Below, in pieces: positions 16,412-24,969 of a DNA stretch of 32,000 nt. The DNA lies in assembly GCF_000018105.1 (NCBI RefSeq), contig NC_009925.1, positions 4,500,001 through 4,532,000 on the forward strand, in the 5' to 3' direction. The notes under the pieces are model-generated. The model was given only the letters and a program-made list of their open reading frames with translations, made no database searches and had not been told where the DNA came from. The position numbers and the translations under genes were made by a program. This DNA is from Acaryochloris marina MBIC11017 (GTDB lineage Bacteria; Cyanobacteriota; Cyanobacteriia; Thermosynechococcales; Thermosynechococcaceae). The number at the start of each line of letters is the position of its first letter. The stretch's first letter is position 1.

Positions 16412-18538
16412 ATGTCTTATCCCAGTCAACAACCGAGTTCTTGGCACAAACCCATCTCTACTTTGCTATTACTCTCAGGCATGGTGGCGGGAACTGTGTT
16501 TGTCAGTTCCAATGTGCTGCGATTTGAATCCAAATCCCATGCCCAGTCCCCCCGGTTATCTCAATCCAAACCAGAGGTAAAGCAGAAATCAAAACCATCT
16601 CCATCCACCGGAGGGCTTTTTGCTGAGGTGGATGGCAAGAAACTATCCTTTCCCCTTAAACAAACCGATGTCGAAGCCAATATCTCCGGTAATCTGTCGC
16701 GGGTAGAGGTGAAGCAAACCTTTACTAATCCCTACGACCGACCATTGGAAGCGATTTATCAATTTCCGCTACCCGAAGATGCCGCCGTAGACGATATGGA
16801 AATTCGGATTGGCAATCGGATTATTCGCGGTGTGATCAAAGAGCGGCAAGAAGCCAAACAAATCTATGAAACGGCCAAGCAGGAAGGCAAAACCGCTGCC
16901 CTTCTAGAGCAAGAACGAGCCAATTTATTTACCCAATCCCTTGCCAATATCGTGCCAGGGGAAACCATTGAAGTGGTGATTCGCTACACCAACAGCCTGG
17001 AGTTCGAAGGGGGCGATTACGAGTTTGTCTTTCCCACGGTGGTCGGGCCTCGCTATATTCCTGGCGACCAAATTGATGCAGCGGGCAATACCACTCGGGT
17101 CGCAGATGCCGCTAAGATTACGCCTCCCTTACTGCCGCCTAGTCAACGGTCTGGTAACGATATCAGTATCACCGTCAATTTAGATGCAGGAGTGCCGATA
17201 CGGAATTTGAGATCGCCCTCCCATCCCATTCTCACCAGCAAAAAAGGCGAGCAAACCCAGGTCAAACTAGCCAATCAAACCACCATCCCCAACAAGGATC
17301 TAATTCTCCGCTATCAGGTGGCCAGCAAGCAGACCCAGGCCACGCTCCTGACCCAGTCTGACCAACGGGGCGGTCACTTTGCCACCTACTTAATTCCAGC
17401 CCTGAAATACAAGTCGAATCAGATTGTCCCCAAGGACGTAGTATTTCTGATCGATACCTCCGGGTCTCAGAGCGGGCCGCCCATCGTCCAATCTAGAAAG
17501 CTGATGACCCAGTTTTTGGACAAGCTCAATCCCAATGACACCTTTAGCATTATCAACTTCTCCAATACCACCTCTAAACTGTCTCCAAAGCCCCTCGCCA
17601 ATACCCCGGCCAATCGCAAAAAGGCCCTGGAATACATTAAAAAACTGGATGCTAATGGCGGCACAGAACTGATGAATGGCATCAATACCGTTGCCGCCTT
17701 CCCCCCGGCTCCAGATGGCCGTCTGCGCAGTGTGGTGTTACTCACGGATGGCCTGATTGGTGATGACGAAACCATCATTGCTGCCGTGCGCGATCGTCTG
17801 AAGCCGGGAAATCGAATTTACCCCTTTGGGGTCGGTTTCTCCACCAATCGGTTTTTGCTGGATCGACTGGCAGAAGTCGGTCGAGGAACTGTTGAAGTGG
17901 TTGCTCCTAAAGACTCTGCTGAGAAAGTGGCTGCCAAGTTTGTCCAAACCATTAACAAGCCCGTCTTGACCGATATCGAAGTCTCCTGGGTGGGGCCTGG
18001 CAAAGGCCCGGATATTTATCCCCTGCGAGTCCCGGATCTATTTGCCAATCAGCCCCTGGTTCTCCACGGACGCAAGCAGGATAGCCAATCTGGCAAGCTA
18101 AAAATTACGGGCCGAATAGCAGGAGGCAAGTCCTATGAGCAGGAGTTGGACGTCAAATTTGATGCCTCTGGTAATGAGGCCATTGCTCAACTCTGGGGCC
18201 GAAACCGCATTAAGAGCCTAATGAACCAAATGTATGGCCGGGAAACAGACCCCGCTGTTAAGCAGGTAGTTGATACCGCCCTTGCCTATCGCTTGCTCTC
18301 CAAATACACCGCCTTTGTCGCCGTTACCGAAGAGATTCGCGTCGACCCCAACAATCCCAACCTAAAACAACGGGTACCAGTCGATCTACCAGAAGGCATG
18401 AAGCTGACCAATCCAGCAGCCCATGCCACCCCGGAACCCAGTGAAATCCTCGGTTATCTGATTGCCCTATTCGGTATCTTCCTGGTTATGGCCAAAAAGC
18501 ATGGCTTAAAATGGCTGCCCACCCGGAGGCAGTCATGA
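16412..18538 (+). CDS. Secreted VIT-domain + von Willebrand factor A-domain protein with C-terminal PEP-CTERM sorting signal
   Basis: N-terminal signal/anchor helix. The VIT domain spans about nt 16634-17026 ('VEVKQTFTNPYDRPLEAIYQFPLPEDAAVDDMEIRIGNRIIRGVIKERQEAKQIYE...ANLFTQSLANIVPGETIEVVIRY'). The vWA domain has MIDAS 'FLIDTSGS' (DTSGS at nt 17453-17467) and 'VVLLTDGLIGDD'. The C-terminus 'TPEPSEILGYLIALFGIFLVMAKKHGLK' has P-E-P at nt 18431-18439, then a TM helix, then a basic cluster. Confidence 0.9.
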   Translation: MSYPSQQPSSWHKPISTLLLLSGMVAGTVFVSSNVLRFESKSHAQSPRLSQSKPEVKQKSKPSPSTGGLFAEVDGKKLSFPLKQTDVEANISGNLSRVEVKQTFTNPYDRPLEAIYQFPLPEDAAVDDMEIRIGNRIIRGVIKERQEAKQIYETAKQEGKTAALLEQERANLFTQSLANIVPGETIEVVIRYTNSLEFEGGDYEFVFPTVVGPRYIPGDQIDAAGNTTRVADAAKITPPLLPPSQRSGNDISITVNLDAGVPIRNLRSPSHPILTSKKGEQTQVKLANQTTIPNKDLILRYQVASKQTQATLLTQSDQRGGHFATYLIPALKYKSNQIVPKDVVFLIDTSGSQSGPPIVQSRKLMTQFLDKLNPNDTFSIINFSNTTSKLSPKPLANTPANRKKALEYIKKLDANGGTELMNGINTVAAFPPAPDGRLRSVVLLTDGLIGDDETIIAAVRDRLKPGNRIYPFGVGFSTNRFLLDRLAEVGRGTVEVVAPKDSAEKVAAKFVQTINKPVLTDIEVSWVGPGKGPDIYPLRVPDLFANQPLVLHGRKQDSQSGKLKITGRIAGGKSYEQELDVKFDASGNEAIAQLWGRNRIKSLMNQMYGRETDPAVKQVVDTALAYRLLSKYTAFVAVTEEIRVDPNNPNLKQRVPVDLPEGMKLTNPAAHATPEPSEILGYLIALFGIFLVMAKKHGLKWLPTRRQS

Positions 18539-19350
18539 GTCTGGCTCAGTCCCAAAAGGGGGCGAAGACATGGCTGATTGCCATTGGTATGACCCAAATC
18601 TTGCTCCATCTCCTCTTTATTCGTCGCAGCCAATATCCCTACCTCTTACCAGCCAGCAGTATCTTTTGGGCCGCCACCGCTATGCAGCTTTACACGCAGC
18701 GCCATCATTTATCCCTTCGCGACCATCGAGCCATCTGGGGTGGGCTGTTGTTGCTGGCAGGCGTGGTCTATCGAGGGCTCCATACCTTTGAATCTGACTA
18801 TTTTCTGCGGCTCTATCCCTTACTGGTACTGGTGAGTCTAAGTCTCTTGGCTTCGGGAGTGCAGGGATTGGCGCAATATCAAGGGGCATTTTACCTCTTA
18901 GGCTTCTTTGCCATGCCTTGGGAGCTGCTCTACTTGCTAGATTTCACCACCTGGACCACACAGCTTTCTACAATGCTGCTGCGACTAATGGGTTTTGCCG
19001 TCCATCAACAGGGCTTTACCATTGCCCTGCCAGGAGGTGCCATTGAAGTCTATAACGGTTGTTCTGGGGTACGGTCGATTACCCAGCTTCTGGGCTTGGC
19101 CTGGATATACGTCACTTTAACCGCGACGCAGGGCCGACAGAAATATCTGATCTTGCTAGGGGCAGTCAGTATTGGCTTCTTTGCTAATGGCTGTCGTGTG
19201 GCTCTCCTCGCTATTCTCTCCAGTCAGCCGGATACCCTGCACTACTGGCATCAAGGTGATGGGTCCCTCTTATTTTCGCTATTGGCCGTATTGCTACTAG
19301 GGTTGCTACTCCTCAGTTTGCCGACTCGCCAAGGGAGGTTTTCATCATGA
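18535..19350 (+). CDS. Exosortase-family transpeptidase (cyanoexosortase-like)
   Basis: Polytopic membrane protein with the exosortase signature residues: Cys in 'VYNGCSGVRS' (codon 19060-19062), Arg in 'FANGCRVALLA' (codon 19195-19197), and a later 'HYWHQGDGS'. ATG 18535 overlaps the upstream TGA (ATGA). An alternative in-frame ATG is at 18511. Confidence 0.85.
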   Translation: MSLAQSQKGAKTWLIAIGMTQILLHLLFIRRSQYPYLLPASSIFWAATAMQLYTQRHHLSLRDHRAIWGGLLLLAGVVYRGLHTFESDYFLRLYPLLVLVSLSLLASGVQGLAQYQGAFYLLGFFAMPWELLYLLDFTTWTTQLSTMLLRLMGFAVHQQGFTIALPGGAIEVYNGCSGVRSITQLLGLAWIYVTLTATQGRQKYLILLGAVSIGFFANGCRVALLAILSSQPDTLHYWHQGDGSLLFSLLAVLLLGLLLLSLPTRQGRFSS

Positions 19351-20027
19351 TCAGATGGTGTAGAAACAACCCGCTAGCGGTGGTTTGGGGAATCACGGTT
19401 CTGGTATGGGGAGTTGCGATCGCAATCTTCCAACCCCAAATCCCTCAAGTTGCGCCCTACCCATTTCCTCAAGTCATTCCCCTTGCAGATTGGACCTTTA
19501 CCGATAGTCAGCCCCTCACGCCCGATCAAACCCCAGACTCCCAAGATATTCCTGGTGAAGTGGTGTCTGGGCAGCGGTATGACTACCACCAAGGCGATAC
19601 CCATTTACATATTGAGATGAGATATCTGGCCCAGACCAATGGTGATCTCAAAGCCCTGATTAAACATCAGACCGGCAGTTTAGGCACCGTACTGAAGTCG
19701 GTAGAAAGCGTGGGGGAATTCAGCCTATTTACTCAGGGCGATGCTAGCCAGCTAGATGCCTGTATCAATCCTCAGGGAACCAGTACTGTCACCAGCGATC
19801 AGTTCAAGCGCAACCGTACCCTATACGATTGGCGATCTGGGCGTTTCCTCGGCTGGATTCTCGGCCAAACGCCTCTCCATGACAATCGTTGTCTATGGAC
19901 CCGGATGACCTTCTCGACCTCAAGTGATGCGACCTCGGCAGCTCAGGCTCAGGCTTTAGCGTCTACCTGGAAAGACTGGCATCAATGGTGGCAATCTCAC
20001 TTTCCGCCATCAGCTAAGACCCCGTGA
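19347..20027 (+). CDS. Exosortase-system-associated protein (EpsI-like, N-terminal TM anchor)
   Basis: ATG 19347 overlaps the exosortase TGA (ATGA), with GGGAGG 8 nt upstream. TM helix 'LAVVWGITVLVWGVAIAIF'. 'IPLADWTFTDSQPL...VVSGQRYDYHQGDTHLHIEMRYLAQTNGDLKALI' resembles the EpsI-type periplasmic domain found with exosortases. Confidence 0.7.
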   Translation: MIRWCRNNPLAVVWGITVLVWGVAIAIFQPQIPQVAPYPFPQVIPLADWTFTDSQPLTPDQTPDSQDIPGEVVSGQRYDYHQGDTHLHIEMRYLAQTNGDLKALIKHQTGSLGTVLKSVESVGEFSLFTQGDASQLDACINPQGTSTVTSDQFKRNRTLYDWRSGRFLGWILGQTPLHDNRCLWTRMTFSTSSDATSAAQAQALASTWKDWHQWWQSHFPPSAKTP

Positions 20028-20074
20028 TGCTCTCGGAAACCTTACTCCATCGCCTCTAAGGGTCGCATCTCTAT

Positions 20075-20092
20075 TCCCCCGTGATTGGGGGA
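20075..20092 (+). terminator. Weak GC-rich hairpin after the exosortase operon
   Basis: tccccc (20075-20080) pairs with ggggga (20087-20092), loop gtgatt, 48 nt after the stop. It is followed by ttcactatt, which is not a clean U-run. Confidence 0.3.
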
Positions 20093-20363
20093 TTCACTAT
20101 TAGTGCCGATCGTTTTTAGGTCTTTCTTAAAGAAACGGGGATGCCAACTTTTTCGTTCAACACTATTTTTTAAGATTTTATAAGGAATTGAATCAAACAA
20201 CCTTGACTGGATTGATGGGGGTACCATACGTAGCGAACTCTTGAATGCCAACGGGGGGAACTGTATATGGCATGTATTGGAGACGCGCAGCCACTGTGCG
20301 ATCGCAATCTTTGCGTTTTAGCGGATAACCGATCCGTTAGCAGCCATAGAGAAGGGGGAGTTC

Positions 20364-21389
20364 ATGGCACCACTCTCTAAAACGAATGTGGTCGTCATTG
20401 GTGGAGGACCAGGTGGCACTGCAACTGCGATTCGTTGTGCCCAGCATGGATTACAGGTCACTCTGATCGAAGGGGCCGAAGTATCCCGACCTCATACGAG
20501 TGAAACCTTACATCCCGAGATTGAGCCGCTATTGAAGAAGCTCGGGGTTAGAGATCAAGTCTTAACGGCAAACTTCCCACAATGTCCCGGACGTTGGATC
20601 GCTTTGCAAGGGGAGCGCCAATTTTACGGCTTTGGTGAGAATAAACATGGACCCAAGTTAGGATTCCAAGTCAAGCGATCACAGTTCGACACCCTGCTTC
20701 TGGAACAGGCTAAAGCGATGGGAGTCAAGGTTCTTCAACCCTGTCGGGCCATTGAGCCCCTGGTCAGCCGAGGACAAGTCCAGGGGCTGATCACCACGGC
20801 AGGGGGAATCGAGGCCACTTATGTGGTGGATGCGACAGGACGCCATCAATGGCTAGCGCGAAAACTGAAACTCAACACCACACCCTACTCTCCCTCGTTA
20901 CAAGTAGAATACGGTTATAGGATCGGACATTGTCCCGAGCAAGATTATTCTCCCTTGATTGCCTCAGCACCAGGGGGGTGGGTATCCGTTGCGAAGGTCC
21001 AACCCTTACGTTATCAGTGGACTCGTTTGAAGTGGTTCCAGCCATCGGACACTCCTTGGTATCCCCCCCACCTAGCCGAGCTTTTGCCCAGTGATACCAC
21101 CCATGTTATGGATATGACTTGGCATCTGATCAATCCAGCGGCTGGCCCTGGTTACTTTTTAGTCGGTGATGCGGCAGCTGTTCTCGACCCTATCTCATCC
21201 CAGGGAGTCCTAAACGCGATTGCTTCAGGGATGATGGCCGCCCATCTAATCAATCAACAATTTCAGCAAGCGAAACTGCCACTTTCCATAGCAGACCGTT
21301 ACGCGACTTGGTTCCGGACCAATTTTTACCAAGATCTGATGGCATTACAGCAGTTGTACACCCCTATCCTGTCGAAGGTCACGGCTTAA
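20364..21389 (+). CDS. FAD/NAD(P)-dependent oxidoreductase (geranylgeranyl-reductase / halogenase-like flavoprotein fold)
   Basis: N-terminal Rossmann 'VVVIGGGPGGTATAIRCAQHGLQVTLIEG', 'YVVDATGRH', and 'FLVGDAAAVLDPISSQGV' (GD-motif of flavin monooxygenase-type enzymes). A Shine-Dalgarno-like gaagggggag precedes ATG 20364. Confidence 0.85.
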   Translation: MAPLSKTNVVVIGGGPGGTATAIRCAQHGLQVTLIEGAEVSRPHTSETLHPEIEPLLKKLGVRDQVLTANFPQCPGRWIALQGERQFYGFGENKHGPKLGFQVKRSQFDTLLLEQAKAMGVKVLQPCRAIEPLVSRGQVQGLITTAGGIEATYVVDATGRHQWLARKLKLNTTPYSPSLQVEYGYRIGHCPEQDYSPLIASAPGGWVSVAKVQPLRYQWTRLKWFQPSDTPWYPPHLAELLPSDTTHVMDMTWHLINPAAGPGYFLVGDAAAVLDPISSQGVLNAIASGMMAAHLINQQFQQAKLPLSIADRYATWFRTNFYQDLMALQQLYTPILSKVTA

Positions 21390-21532
21390 ACAAACTTGCT
21401 GTATTGATCGGTGCCATTCTGGCACCCAGTTGATTTTTATCTATGAATCAGCTGATGAATAGCCCTGTTTCACCCCAACCGCTTACTCCAATCGACTTTT
21501 AGAAGCTAGGAGTAGATGTTGATATCGGTCAA

Positions 21533-21570
21533 GTCAAACAGACCAGAAATCACAGGGTGGTCTGTTTGAC
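21533..21570. terminator. Perfect 13-bp inverted repeat between convergent genes (candidate bidirectional terminator)
   Basis: gtcaaacagacca (21533-21545) and tggtctgtttgac (21558-21570) are exact reverse complements, with a 12-nt loop. It lies between the stops at 21389 (+) and 21606 (-). There is no clear U-run on either side. Confidence 0.4.
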
Positions 21571-21605
21571 TCAGTGATGCCCATGGGTGGAGGACGTCGA
21601 GGCCA

Positions 21606-22106
21606 CTAGCTGTCCAAAACCCCCGGCCAATTTTTATCAGCTTCAGCAATATTCCCTGGAATATCTCCCTCCCACTGCTTTTGAACATCAAGACTGTAAT
21701 TGAGATACAGTTTCCCCTCTACAATCTTCCAGGCTTGAGGATCGATAGAGGCCGTGGTGCCTTTCTTCACTGCCCAAGCGCAATAGCCCCCATACTGAGG
21801 CGCATACTTTTCTGGGTCGCTAGCAAAAGAGTCCCGATTTTCAGCACTCGCAAATTGCCAAGTGGCTCCCTGCCACTCGTGGGAGAACTCTCCTGTGCCT
21901 TTGACAGGCTTACCCTCTGTAAAATAGGCCACCGGATCATATCCTCGGATGGCTGCACCATCTGCCGAGAAAACAGCAGGCTTTGTATTGGCTTGGCTCT
22001 GTTCAGCCCCAGATCCTGCGTTAGACGTTGAAGGATCTGTACACCCCATGCTCAGGCCCATGCCGAGCAATAACACTGCAGGCCAGAGTGCAAATTTAAA
22101 TTTCAT
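21606..22106 (-). CDS. YHS-domain lipoprotein
   Basis: Lipoprotein signal 'MKFKFALWPAVLLLGMGLSMGC'. The core 'IRGYDPVAYFTEGKPVKGTGEFSHEWQGATWQFASAENRDSFASDPEKYAPQYGGYCAWAV' is typical of the YHS-domain family. The track starts at TTG 22112; ATG is at 22106. Confidence 0.8.
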   Translation of the reverse strand: MKFKFALWPAVLLLGMGLSMGCTDPSTSNAGSGAEQSQANTKPAVFSADGAAIRGYDPVAYFTEGKPVKGTGEFSHEWQGATWQFASAENRDSFASDPEKYAPQYGGYCAWAVKKGTTASIDPQAWKIVEGKLYLNYSLDVQKQWEGDIPGNIAEADKNWPGVLDS

Positions 22107-22331
22107 AGACAACCCTCATAACGGATCACGGCAAGTTAAACCTGCCCTCAGGATAATACTGTGTCTTAAATATGAGAGTAATGTGAATCTCCCCTAAAAA
22201 GATGCCGTCATCGTGGTCGCATTTTAATCCACCCTACTCTTGTGCATGATGTAGCGATACAGTTTGAGAATACTGGCTTGAGACTTGATCACGGTTTTGA
22301 TACTCAACCTTTCTAGCACGCCAAGCACGAG

Positions 22332-22934
22332 GTGATTCTAGTGATTTCTTCCGATCAGATTTGCCGTTGTTCTTGGGTGGATCTCAGCAAGCCCGATTAT
22401 GTTCAATATCATGATCAAGAATGGGGCATTCCTGTCTATGACGATCAGCACTTATTTGAACACTTAGTCCTAGAGTCTTCTCAGGCAGGCTTGAGTTGGT
22501 ATACCGTCCTGCGTAAACGCGAAAACTACCGAGCCGCCTTTGATCAGTTCAATCCCCAAAAAATTGCCCATTACGATGAAGCCAAAATAGAGATCCTGAT
22601 GGGAAATGCTGGTATTATCCGCAACCGCAAAAAAATAGAAGCCATCATTGGCAATGCTCGCGTCTTTTTACAAATTCAGGTCGAGTTTGGCAGCTTTGCT
22701 GACTATAGCTGGCGCTTTGTGGGCGGACAGCCCATCGTTAATTCCTTCAGTGCATCTGATACCTGGCCTACCACTAGTCCAGAATCCGATGCTATGAGCA
22801 AGGATCTACGAAAACGAGGCTTTAAATTTTTTGGCTCAACTATCTGTTATGCCCATATGCAGGCCACAGGCATGGTGAACGACCACAGTCTGGAGTGTTT
22901 TCGTCGCCAAGAGATTATCGACAGCTATAAGTAA
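22332..22934 (+). CDS. tag: DNA-3-methyladenine glycosylase I
   Basis: Collinear with E. coli Tag: 'CSWV...YHDQEWGIPVYDDQHLFEHLVLESSQAGLSWYTVLRKRENYRAAFDQF', 'AGIIRNRKKIEAIIGNARVFL', 'KRGFKFFGSTICYAHMQATGMVNDH'. GTG start at 22332 or 22341. Confidence 0.9.
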   Translation: MILVISSDQICRCSWVDLSKPDYVQYHDQEWGIPVYDDQHLFEHLVLESSQAGLSWYTVLRKRENYRAAFDQFNPQKIAHYDEAKIEILMGNAGIIRNRKKIEAIIGNARVFLQIQVEFGSFADYSWRFVGGQPIVNSFSASDTWPTTSPESDAMSKDLRKRGFKFFGSTICYAHMQATGMVNDHSLECFRRQEIIDSYK

Positions 22935-23505
22935 GCTTCCACTGTTTGGACTATTGAGTGATTTAGTCTAAGGCTGGATGTTACAAATGTTGAGAATGGG
23001 CAAATTTGCACTTATTTACTAGAAAAAGAGGGGCAATCTTAACAATTATCCACTTCTCTAGAGAACAGGTTCTGATAGGAGTGTGGTCAGTGGGATGGGC
23101 TGAACATATCGGCATTCGTCCTCCATTGATAGAACTTAATAAATCTAGAAATGCTTAGCTAGAATAGCCGCCAGAAATAGGTTGGCTTTTAATTTTGCCG
23201 TAAAGAAATAAAAATACAGATTAAAAATACAATATCTGTCCCAAAATAGAAGATACTTCACCCATAAACTGAATCCTTATCTCTATCAATTGATTATTGG
23301 TTGCTGTTGTGAGTTTATTACCCTTATTGCCGTGTTTACACGCCTTAGACCCTCATTCTCCTGGATATAGGAGGTTCAACGTATCTTGGTTTGAAGCTTG
23401 ATGCTTAAATCAGATACCGATGAGTGTGCTTTTTCCGCAATCCTGAGGCAGATTGGGTATTATAGTGTGAACTTCTTTCTTTAGTGTCCCATCCTTCGAA
23501 TTGCC

Positions 23506-24369
23506 ATGGCTCGATATACTCGTTCGCTATCAGTTGCATTATCTTTGAGCAACTGTCTTACACAATTGAAGGCTGTGTTAGAGAGTTGTGATTTGGAAGC
23601 GCTTTTCTCCAAAGAGGACTGCATCATTGCCCGCGAGAAACCGGGTAAGGTCCCCTTTGCCAAACTCGTTACCATTGAAGTTTTAGTGGATAGCACTCGG
23701 GCAACCAGCAACGTCACGAATATGGATGTTGTCGTTAAAAATGAGGAATTACCGCTACAAAGTAATAATCATTGTTTCCAGATTTTTGACCAATTTAGTC
23801 AAGCCATCGATCAACATTCTGGCTGGCTAGTCATCGCCGAAGAAGATAAGTCTGAGCAACCTCAAACAGCATCTTCAGTAGAACCTCCAGCGGCTTCACC
23901 AGCCGCCACTGTGCCTCAGATCCCCGTAACGTCAGAGACAAGTCCTGCGGCCAAGCCCATCGCCTCAGATCCCCTAGCGCCCTCGGCCAATACTCAACCT
24001 GAGCCTGTTGTGCAGTTACCCAAGGCCACTGAGCTTCCTTTGCCACAGCCTTTCACGGATACCACAACTTCAGAACCAGCTACTCCCCCAGAATCCCCCC
24101 TACCCAAGAACAGCGACTCGATTAACCTAGAGTCAACTGCAGAAAAACGGGTGCAAACAACGGCAAATTTAGAGGAGCTGCGGCAAAAACGCGCTGAAAG
24201 CGTAGCCAACTTGGAACGTCTCAGACAAAAACGCGCTGAAAGCATTGCCAACCTAGAAAAGATGCGACAAAAACGAGAGCGTATGTTTGCAGCTAATGAG
24301 CGTGAGGGTGCTGGAGAGGATATTAGTCCCCTCGATTTACCTGAGCGGCCTTCGACCTCCCAGGCATAA
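23506..24369 (+). CDS. Hypothetical protein: N-terminal globular domain, Pro/Ala/Ser/Thr-rich linker, C-terminal repeated coiled-coil
   Basis: 287-aa ORF. It has a low-complexity stretch 'PQTASSVEPPAASPAATVPQIPVTSETSPAAKPIASDPLAPSANTQPEP'. The C-terminus is 'ANLEELRQKRAESVANLERLRQKRAESIANLEKMRQKRERM'. Confidence 0.65.
   Translation: MARYTRSLSVALSLSNCLTQLKAVLESCDLEALFSKEDCIIAREKPGKVPFAKLVTIEVLVDSTRATSNVTNMDVVVKNEELPLQSNNHCFQIFDQFSQAIDQHSGWLVIAEEDKSEQPQTASSVEPPAASPAATVPQIPVTSETSPAAKPIASDPLAPSANTQPEPVVQLPKATELPLPQPFTDTTTSEPATPPESPLPKNSDSINLESTAEKRVQTTANLEELRQKRAESVANLERLRQKRAESIANLEKMRQKRERMFAANEREGAGEDISPLDLPERPSTSQA
24163..24281 (+). repeat. In-frame 42-nt tandem repeat (about 2.8 copies) encoding RQKRAES(V/I)ANLE(R/K)(L/M)
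   Basis: Copy 1 is 24181-24222 (cggcaaaaacgcgctgaaagcgtagccaacttggaacgtctc). Copy 2 is 24223-24264 (agacaaaaacgcgctgaaagcattgccaacctagaaaagatg). Both share an 18-nt identical core caaaaacgcgctgaaagc. Partial copies flank both sides. Confidence 0.7.
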
Positions 24370-24371
24370 TC

Positions 24372-24911
24372 CTAATCAAAATAGAACAGGGTCACTAGCT
24401 TACGCAGTTCTTCAGCTTCTTGACAGGTCTTGAGCAAAGTATGGCTGTCATGGAAAGCAAAGCAAATGAGCTGATCACATCGAGAGACGATCTCCTGGTT
24501 GCAGATCGCACTTGCTTCTGCCAGGGACAGGTTGTCATGTTCTGGTTTTTCCACCAGATGCATCACCTTCTCCAATAGCCGTTGAGACTCTGGGGGCTGC
24601 TCCGTCATGCTTTGGGGAAGTACCACCGTTAATAACTTTGGATCCGCTCGCATCGCACCTCGAATGGCCGCAGCATTGGTGCCAATCGCACCCGATGTGA
24701 GGAGGCGGTTTCCAGAAAGGGCTAATGCATAGCTCATCATTTCGATGATGTGCTGATGCATGAGGGGGACGTGGCGAGAACCCAAAATGGCAATGCGTTT
24801 GGAACTGGTCTGTTGAATCGCTGCTAGTTCTTGTAGAAACTCGTCAGCTTTGGGGTCGCCAACCTGAGGTAAATCGAGAGACTGGCTCAAAGAGGTACTG
24901 TGCCGAAACAA
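24372..24911 (-). CDS. Short DprA/Smf-like (SLOG-fold) protein
   Basis: 'IAILGSRHVPLMHQHIIEMMSYALALSGNRLLTSGAIGTNAAAIRGAM....LTVVLPQS' matches the DprA Rossmann-like core (GSR ... SG-x-x-G-x-x-x-A). TTG start, 58 nt downstream of miaA on the same strand. Confidence 0.55.
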   Translation of the reverse strand: MFRHSTSLSQSLDLPQVGDPKADEFLQELAAIQQTSSKRIAILGSRHVPLMHQHIIEMMSYALALSGNRLLTSGAIGTNAAAIRGAMRADPKLLTVVLPQSMTEQPPESQRLLEKVMHLVEKPEHDNLSLAEASAICNQEIVSRCDQLICFAFHDSHTLLKTCQEAEELRKLVTLFYFD

Positions 24912-24969
24912 CCCAGCTATTTTAACAAAGGTCAGTCAGATTTTGGGGGTGATGGATGGAGTTTATTCT

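Noticed and set aside
16350-16580. 76-aa + strand ORF overlapping the start of the VIT-vWA gene
   Set aside because: It is in a different frame from the 708-aa ORF, which has a good AGGAG-N6-ATG start and a signal peptide.
18511-18534. Upstream ATG (18511) as the exosortase start
   Set aside because: It is possible, but ATG 18535 gives the ATGA stop/start overlap that is mirrored at the next junction (19347-19350). The eight extra residues are hydrophilic and not needed for the first TM helix. I left it as an alternative.
20042-20251. 69-aa minus-strand ORF in the spacer after the exosortase operon
   Set aside because: No motif, no ribosome-binding site, and an odd basic low-complexity composition. 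It lies opposite to the flanking transcription units.
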